Part shown: piece by piece, positions 30,862-36,426 of the stretch
Position numbering within the stretch: position 1 is the stretch's first letter
How the letters are laid out: each line of letters opens with the position of its first letter
Assembly: GCA_043819135.1 (NCBI GenBank)
Contig: JBDRFG010000151.1
Span: 1 to 36,426, forward strand
Origin: Candidatus Eiseniibacteriota bacterium
GTDB lineage: Bacteria; Joyebacterota; Joyebacteria; Joyebacterales; Joyebacteraceae
Reading direction: 5' to 3'
DNA: 36,426 nt
Position numbers and translations under genes: made by a program
Notes under the pieces: model-generated
The model's database searches: none
Seen by the model: the letters and a program-made list of their open reading frames with translations, nothing else
What the model was told of the DNA's origin: nothing

Positions 30862-32583
30862 GTGAATCGAATCGAGCGCACGGCGCTGGTCTCGGTCGTG
30901 ATCAACATCGGGCTGGTTCTCCTCAAGGTGCTTCTTGCAAGTCTGTCCGGGAGCCTCGCGCTCATCGCCGACGCGTGGCACTCGGCCTCGGACATCGTGG
31001 CCTCTGGCCTCGTCTGGACCGGCGCACGAATCTCGCGCCGCAAGGGCCGGGTGAACCTGGCGCTCGCAGAGAACATCGTCAGCCTCATCATCAGCGGTCT
31101 GATCCTCTGGGCGGCCGTGGGCATCTTCCGGAAGGTGTCGACGGTCGTCGGAGCTCCCATCACGAACCTCCCCCTGGCCATCGGCGGCAGCCTCGTCGCC
31201 GCGCTCATTTCATACTACGCCGCTCAGTACAAACTGCACGTAGGGCGCGAGACCGGCAGCATCAGCCTGGTCGCCGACGGATACCACTCCCGCATGGACA
31301 CCCTGACGACCGGCGCGGTCGTCGCGGGTCTCATGGGCCACGCGATGGGGATCGAGCTTGACCGCATCGCGGCCGTCGTCGTTGCTCTGTTCATCGTGGA
31401 ATCCGGCATCGTCATTGGTGCGGCGGCGATCCGAGGGCTGCGCGAGGGCACGACCTCCCAGGCCGAATCACTCTCCTACATCATGCAGACGCGCCCCGTC
31501 GTGGCGGTCGGGAGCGCGCTCGAACGATTCGGAATTCGCGCGCTGTTCGTGCGCCTGCGGAGCACGGTTCGGCGACCCGGATGGCTGCGGTGTTTCACGT
31601 GGTCGGCGGTCGCGCTCGTGGCGGCGGCGTGGGTGCTGTCAAGCGCGTCGTTCGTCGGCCCGGGTGGCGCGGGCGTCGTGACGAGATGGGGCAGGGCGCT
31701 GGACGAGATCCTGATGCCTGGCGTACACCTCAAGGCGCCGTGGCCGATAGACAGGGTCGCGCGAGTGGAGCAGCAGAAAGTGAGGCGCCTGGAGGTGGGC
31801 TTCCGCACACGGGAGGTCGCGCGTTCAATAAACGCGGTCGCCGCGGAATTCTACGCGACGCTCTGGGAGAGTCGCCACGCGGCCGGAACCTACGAGAAGC
31901 TCCCGGACGAGGCGTTGAGACTCACGGGCGACGAAAACATCGTGGACATGAACATCGTTGTCTTCTACCGCGTCAGCGACCCGGAGGCCTATCTCTTCAG
32001 GGTCGCGGAGACGGAGGATCTGGTACGCTTCACGGCGGAGTCCGTGACTACCAACGTTGCCGGCGAGTTCGCGCTCGACGACATCGTGACGGTACACCGC
32101 GGGATGTTCGAGGAGCTGATGGTGACGGCGCTACAAGATCTCCTCGATCTTTCCAGTGGGGGCGTGGAGATCGTGGGCATCAGCCTTCAGGATGTGCATC
32201 CGCCACTCGAGGTGGTCCCGGCGTTCAGGGACGTAGCCAGCGCTAAGGAAGACAAGAGCCGCATCATCAACGAGGCGCTGGCGTACATGGACGAGACGAT
32301 ACCCACGGCCAGGGGAGATGCACACCGCATGGTCCTCGAGGCCGAGGGCTACAGGTCTGACAGGGTGGACCGGGCGAGGGGCGATTCAGATCGATTCAGA
32401 GAAATGGCCAAGCACTACCGCGGTGCCGAGAGGGTCACCGAGATCCGCCTCTACCTCGAGACCATAGAGAATGTTCTGGCGGGCATCGAGAAGTACATCG
32501 TGAGCTCCGACGTCGAGCTCGAGGGATACGACATAAGGGTGCTCGACAAAGAACTCACGCCGGGCACGGCGGCGCTGGAGTAG
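30862..32583 (+). CDS. Fusion of a cation diffusion facilitator (CDF) transmembrane domain to an HflK-like SPFH domain
   Basis: N-half GSLALIADAWHSASD and SLVADGYHSRMD (CDF TM2/TM5 HxxxD), six TM segments, then a seventh TM and PG.H…PWPID, LTGDENIV, QDVHPP.EV..AF.DV..A.ED, RLYLET. GTG at 30862 follows AGGAGG. Confidence 0.85.
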   Translation: MNRIERTALVSVVINIGLVLLKVLLASLSGSLALIADAWHSASDIVASGLVWTGARISRRKGRVNLALAENIVSLIISGLILWAAVGIFRKVSTVVGAPITNLPLAIGGSLVAALISYYAAQYKLHVGRETGSISLVADGYHSRMDTLTTGAVVAGLMGHAMGIELDRIAAVVVALFIVESGIVIGAAAIRGLREGTTSQAESLSYIMQTRPVVAVGSALERFGIRALFVRLRSTVRRPGWLRCFTWSAVALVAAAWVLSSASFVGPGGAGVVTRWGRALDEILMPGVHLKAPWPIDRVARVEQQKVRRLEVGFRTREVARSINAVAAEFYATLWESRHAAGTYEKLPDEALRLTGDENIVDMNIVVFYRVSDPEAYLFRVAETEDLVRFTAESVTTNVAGEFALDDIVTVHRGMFEELMVTALQDLLDLSSGGVEIVGISLQDVHPPLEVVPAFRDVASAKEDKSRIINEALAYMDETIPTARGDAHRMVLEAEGYRSDRVDRARGDSDRFREMAKHYRGAERVTEIRLYLETIENVLAGIEKYIVSSDVELEGYDIRVLDKELTPGTAALE

Positions 32584-32683
32584 GCGCGCCGAGGCGGCAC
32601 GTCCGGCCGGTGACGTACCACGGGCGGTCGCGCCCGGAGCACTCGCACTCGCGGCGCTTCACGAACGGACCCGGGAGGATATT

Positions 32684-33565
32684 GTGATCAAGAGAAGATA
32701 CTACACGGTGGCGGCAGCACTCATCGCCCTGCTTGTTCTCAGGACCGCGATGTTCGTGGTCGACGAGACGAAGACGGCGATCGTGACGCAATTCGGCCGC
32801 CCGGTGAGGGTGGTCGACACGGCCGGCCTCAACTGGAAGCTGCCGCAGCCGGTCCAGGCCGTCAGGCTCTTCGACAAGCGGCTTCTGGTCTACGACCCGA
32901 AGCCGACTGAGTTTCTGACGAACGACAAGAAGAACGTCGTCGTTGACGCGTTCGTCACCTGGCGGATCGCGGACCCGAAGAAGTTCCTTCAGACGGTGAA
33001 CGACCGCGAGGGGGCCGAGGTGCGGATGGCGGACATCGTCGCATCAGAGATGGGAGCTGCGCTCGGCAACTACCCACTTCACGCGCTGGTATCGATCCAC
33101 CCCGACTCGATGAAGATCGTCGAGATAATGGAGGGAGTGGCGCAGGGGTGCAGGACCACGGCCGAGTCGAGCTTCGGTATCGAGGTGGCCGACGTGCGGA
33201 TGAAGCGTCTCGCCTTCCCGGAGCAGAACAAGCAGAGTGTCTTCGACCGGATGCGCGCGGAACGCGAGCGCACGGCCAAGAAGTACCGCTCCGAGGGTGA
33301 AGAAGAGGCCATCAAGATCCGGGCTGAGGCCGACAAGGAGCGACAGGAGATCCTTGCGTCGGCCTACATGGAGGCCGAGAAGATCCGCGGCGAGGGGGAC
33401 GCCGAGGCGATGCGCATCTACGGCGCGGCCTACAACACCGATCCCTCCTTCTACGAGTTCGTGAGGACGCTCGAATCGTACAGGACCTTCCTCGACGACA
33501 AGACCACCATCGTGCTGTCGTCCGACTCGGACCTCCTCAAACTTCTCGACAAGAAGGGGAATTGA
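32684..33565 (+). CDS. hflC: HflC-like SPFH protein
   Basis: F.VDE…IV.QFG.P, FDKR, LT.DKK..VVD, DVRMKR, RMRAERE..A..YRSEG, AY..DP.FY.F.RTLE.Y; GTG follows GGGAGG. Confidence 0.92.
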   Translation: MIKRRYYTVAAALIALLVLRTAMFVVDETKTAIVTQFGRPVRVVDTAGLNWKLPQPVQAVRLFDKRLLVYDPKPTEFLTNDKKNVVVDAFVTWRIADPKKFLQTVNDREGAEVRMADIVASEMGAALGNYPLHALVSIHPDSMKIVEIMEGVAQGCRTTAESSFGIEVADVRMKRLAFPEQNKQSVFDRMRAERERTAKKYRSEGEEEAIKIRAEADKERQEILASAYMEAEKIRGEGDAEAMRIYGAAYNTDPSFYEFVRTLESYRTFLDDKTTIVLSSDSDLLKLLDKKGN

Positions 33566-33567
33566 AC

Positions 33568-34524
33568 GTGGCGGAGACGACGGTCAGGTCCGACATGTCT
33601 GCCGGACTTCCCAAGGTCAGGAGGCTGGCGCGACTCATCGCGCTGGTCGCCGTAGCCATGTATATACTTTCAGGCATATATGTCGTCCAGCCCGACGAGC
33701 GAGGTGTGATCAAGAGGCTTGGCAAGGTCGTGGCGGCGGACGTTCAGCCGGGCATTCACTATCGCATCCCCTGGCCCATCGACGAGGTCGCCAGGCCCCA
33801 GGTCACGGCGGTCAAGCGGATGAGCATAGGATATAAGATCATCGACCAGATCCGTGGGCTGACGGCCGAGCCTCGTGAGACCCAGTTCGTCACCGGCGAT
33901 GAGAACATCATCGAGGTGCAGCTCCTGATACAGTATGTTGTCAAGGATCCCGCGAGCTTCCTCTACGCGACCGAGGAGCCCCACTGGCTGGTCAGGAAGG
34001 TGGGGGAGTCGGTCATCACCGAGAAGATAGGTGCGCTGGGCGTTGATGAGCTCCTGACAACGGCGAAGGTCGAAGTTGCCGCCGCCGTGAAGGGCCGCGC
34101 GCAGGACGTGCTCGACTCCTACGGCGCCGGCGTGGAGATCGTGGCCGCCCACCTGCAGGAGGTCAATCCTCCGCGCGAGGTGGCGGACGCCTTCCGCGAC
34201 GTAGCGAGCGCCAGGGAGGACAAGAGCCGCATCATCCAGGAGGCCAGTGGCTACGCGAACCGCATCGTGCCCGTGGCACGCGGCGACGCGCAGCAGCTTA
34301 TCACTGAGGCTGAGGGATACCGGACAGAGAAGGTCAAGACCGCCGAGGGCGAGTCGCACCGTTTCAGGGCCACGGTCGTGGAGTACTGGAAGAGCCCCGC
34401 TGTCACCCGGCAGCGCCTCTACCTGGAGGTGATGGAAGAGGTGCTTTCGAAGGTAAGAAAGTACGTCGTCGATGCCGGCTCCGGCGAGAAACTCAACCTG
34501 AGATTTCTGTCGCAGCGGGACTGA
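33568..34524 (+). CDS. hflK: HflK-like SPFH protein
   Basis: SGIY.VQPDERGV, PG.HY..PWPID, TGDENII, PP.EV..AF.DV..A.ED, A.G.A…EAEGY, RLYLE.ME. Start GTG 33568 or TTG 33562. Confidence 0.9.
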   Translation: MAETTVRSDMSAGLPKVRRLARLIALVAVAMYILSGIYVVQPDERGVIKRLGKVVAADVQPGIHYRIPWPIDEVARPQVTAVKRMSIGYKIIDQIRGLTAEPRETQFVTGDENIIEVQLLIQYVVKDPASFLYATEEPHWLVRKVGESVITEKIGALGVDELLTTAKVEVAAAVKGRAQDVLDSYGAGVEIVAAHLQEVNPPREVADAFRDVASAREDKSRIIQEASGYANRIVPVARGDAQQLITEAEGYRTEKVKTAEGESHRFRATVVEYWKSPAVTRQRLYLEVMEEVLSKVRKYVVDAGSGEKLNLRFLSQRD

Positions 34525-34598
34525 CGCTCCAACTCGCAGTAACGTGTTCGAACGGACCGCGCTCGACCCCGTCACAGCGTCCACAAAGGCCTTTACGC

Positions 34599-34628
34599 TT
34601 GACACCGGGAAGCACCAAGAGCTAGACT
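34599..34628 (+). promoter_or_regulatory. Candidate promoter for the downstream Fe-S/flavin operon
   Basis: TTGACA-18 nt-TAGACT. Confidence 0.45.
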
Positions 34629-34919
34629 CACTTGGTTTTATGGACTTCGGTTCGCGGCCTGTCCAGCGGACGACGAGGCAGCGCTTACGACCGGCGAGCG
34701 ACAATCAGTGAAAGGACTGAGTGTTACTTGCAGGCCACGACGATCTCAACACAACCGTAGCGCGGCGCATAAAGCAGCCCCGGGGTCACTTTCCACGAGA
34801 GAGTGACGCGGGGTTTGTGTGTGAACATGGGCGGTCACGGACCGCGAGCTCGCGGAGTCCCGCGCAGCGATTTTCGGGAGAAGTCCGACACACCATTCCA
34901 AGCAAGGGGCCTGGCCAGG

Positions 34920-35987
34920 ATGAAAGAGGTCTTCATTGGAAGCGAGAATCTCCTGAAGCTGATCAGGAGATGGGCGAAGGACCGCCGGGTCTACGTGCCG
35001 GTCACGTTCGACATCATGAACAGCAAGGAGACACCGGACTACGACCTCGTCAAGGACGCCGTTCCGGAGACGATGCAGCTCCACGGAGCGGCTCCGGCGC
35101 ATTCGGCCAAGGCCTTCATCTTCTACGCGCGCGAAGTCGTTGCCAACTACCCCAGCAGCGACGCCGAGGCCAATGTTGAGGCTCCGTCCACTGTCGTCGT
35201 TGGTCCTCGCGGGTGCGACGTTCGCGGTCTGGCCAAGTTCGACAAGGTCTACTGGAGCACCAAGCACTTCACCGAGGAGTACGACGATCCGTTTGTGATC
35301 GATAAGCGCGAGAACACGTACATCGTCTCGGTGGATTGCACCGCCGTGAAAGAGACCTGCTTCTGCACGGCGGTCGGCGGCAGGCCATTCGCTGACGAGG
35401 GATTCGATCTCAACCTCTCGCCGCTGGGAACCGGGTACATCGTCGCCGTCGGGTCGGAGAAGGGCGAGAAGCTCCTCGCCGGGTCGGATGATCTGTTCAG
35501 AGAGGTGACCCAGGAACACAAGGGCGAGCGCGACAGGAGTCGCAAGTCGGTCACCGAAGCGATCGACCGGCAGAACGCCGAGTTCGCGGTCGACCAGCCA
35601 TACGACAAGCGAGACCTCGCGTCGTCGGAAGACGCGTGGGCGTACGTCACACAGAACTGCGTCGGATGCGGCGCGTGCAACCGCGTGTGTCCGACGTGCA
35701 CCTGCTTCCTGCTGGTGGACCAGCGGGCGACGGGCGGATACGAGCGAAGCCGGAACTGGGACACGTGTCTCTCCGTCGGCTACGCGCGGACGGGCGGCGG
35801 AGGCAACTCGAGGCCGGCGCTCGCGCAGCGGCTCGAGAACAGGCTGCGCTGCAAGTTCGAGTACTCACGCGACAGGTACGGCCTCGTGACCTGCACCGGC
35901 TGCGGCAGGTGCATCGATGCCTGCATGGGCAGGATCGACATGAGGGAAGCCATCAAGCACGTGGTCACGGAGAAGGCGAAGGCATGA
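34920..35987 (+). CDS. 4Fe-4S dicluster protein, AsrA / sulfhydrogenase beta (HydB) / Flx-like
   Basis: G.RGCD, C…TCFC, CVGCGACNRVCPTCTCF, R.WD.C, CTGCGRCIDAC; ATG at 34920. Confidence 0.85.
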   Translation: MKEVFIGSENLLKLIRRWAKDRRVYVPVTFDIMNSKETPDYDLVKDAVPETMQLHGAAPAHSAKAFIFYAREVVANYPSSDAEANVEAPSTVVVGPRGCDVRGLAKFDKVYWSTKHFTEEYDDPFVIDKRENTYIVSVDCTAVKETCFCTAVGGRPFADEGFDLNLSPLGTGYIVAVGSEKGEKLLAGSDDLFREVTQEHKGERDRSRKSVTEAIDRQNAEFAVDQPYDKRDLASSEDAWAYVTQNCVGCGACNRVCPTCTCFLLVDQRATGGYERSRNWDTCLSVGYARTGGGGNSRPALAQRLENRLRCKFEYSRDRYGLVTCTGCGRCIDACMGRIDMREAIKHVVTEKAKA

Positions 35988-36426
35988 AGAATCTCTACAG
36001 GCCCATCGAGAGTGTGATCGAGGATATCAAGCCGGAGACGCCGAACATCACGACGTACCGCTTCCGGCCGAAGGAGCCCGTCAGTTTTGAGGCCGGCCAG
36101 TTCGTCGAGCTGACCGTTCCCGGTGTCGGGGAGGCCCCGTTCACACCGTCCTCCAACCCGAACGTCGCCGACACGATGGAGATCACCATCATGTCGGTCG
36201 GCACGGTGACCGAGGCCCTGACGAAGATGAAGGTCGGTGAAACGGTCGGGATCAGAGGGCCCTACGGCAACGGCTACAACCTGGCCGACTTCGAGGGCAA
36301 GGAGATCCTCATCATGGGCGGCGGCGTCGGGCTGGCCCCGCTCCGCTCGCTCATCCTCGCGCTCTTCGACGACGTCGAGAAGTACAAGAAGATATCCATC
36401 CGATACGGCGCGCGGACCCCCGAGGA
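35984..36426 (+). CDS. FAD/NAD(P)-binding oxidoreductase, AsrB / HydG / FlxA-like (truncated by the window end)
   Basis: Read by hand from ATG 35984 (ATGA overlap): MKNLYRP…FEAGQFVEL.VPGVGEAPFT.SS…RGPYGNG…GGGVGLAPLRS…YGAR. Confidence 0.88.
   Translation, partial: MKNLYRPIESVIEDIKPETPNITTYRFRPKEPVSFEAGQFVELTVPGVGEAPFTPSSNPNVADTMEITIMSVGTVTEALTKMKVGETVGIRGPYGNGYNLADFEGKEILIMGGGVGLAPLRSLILALFDDVEKYKKISIRYGARTPE

Noticed and set aside
31591..31606. parS-like TGTTTCACGTGGTCGG in the CDF-HflK gene
   Set aside because: Only the left 11 nt match and the right arm is broken; similar half-sites near 1995 and 20969 were also dismissed.
34640..34711. 23-codon ORF (MDFGSRPVQRTT…) in the leader, considered as a leader peptide
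   Set aside because: No SD sequence and no telling amino-acid run; unsupported.

Overview
This is the chromosomal replication-origin region of a high-GC bacterium. It is probably diderm (YidC has a large periplasmic domain) and probably anaerobic, but the lineage cannot be determined from the sequence alone. Genes diverge from the rpmH/dnaA junction. Leftward on the - strand lie rpmH-rnpA-yidD-yidC-jag-mnmE-mnmG-rsmG-[3 parS]-parA-parB-bactofilin, then a complete V/A-type ATPase operon (H-I-K-E-C-F-A-B-D) whose K subunit has a Na+-binding signature, converging on a stand-alone TrpB2. Rightward on the + strand lie dnaA-[oriC with tandem DnaA boxes, GGCC spacer and DnaA-trios]-dnaN-recF-dciA-gyrB-gyrA. 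These are followed by a three-gene SPFH module (CDF metal-transporter/HflK fusion, HflC, HflK) and the start of an AsrA/AsrB- or HydB/HydG-like Fe-S/flavin operon. The most unusual items are: (1) the CDF-HflK fusion module with no ftsH nearby; (2) a GyrB with an obligatory histone-H1-like Lys/Ala/Pro N-terminal tail and a poly-Asp loop; (3) a GyrA with a remodelled drug pocket and almost no acidic tail; (4) DnaA-box clusters in front of the ATPase operon and parA. No CRISPR array, tRNA/rRNA gene or mobile element was recognised. All calls are by eye from motifs; no database search was run.
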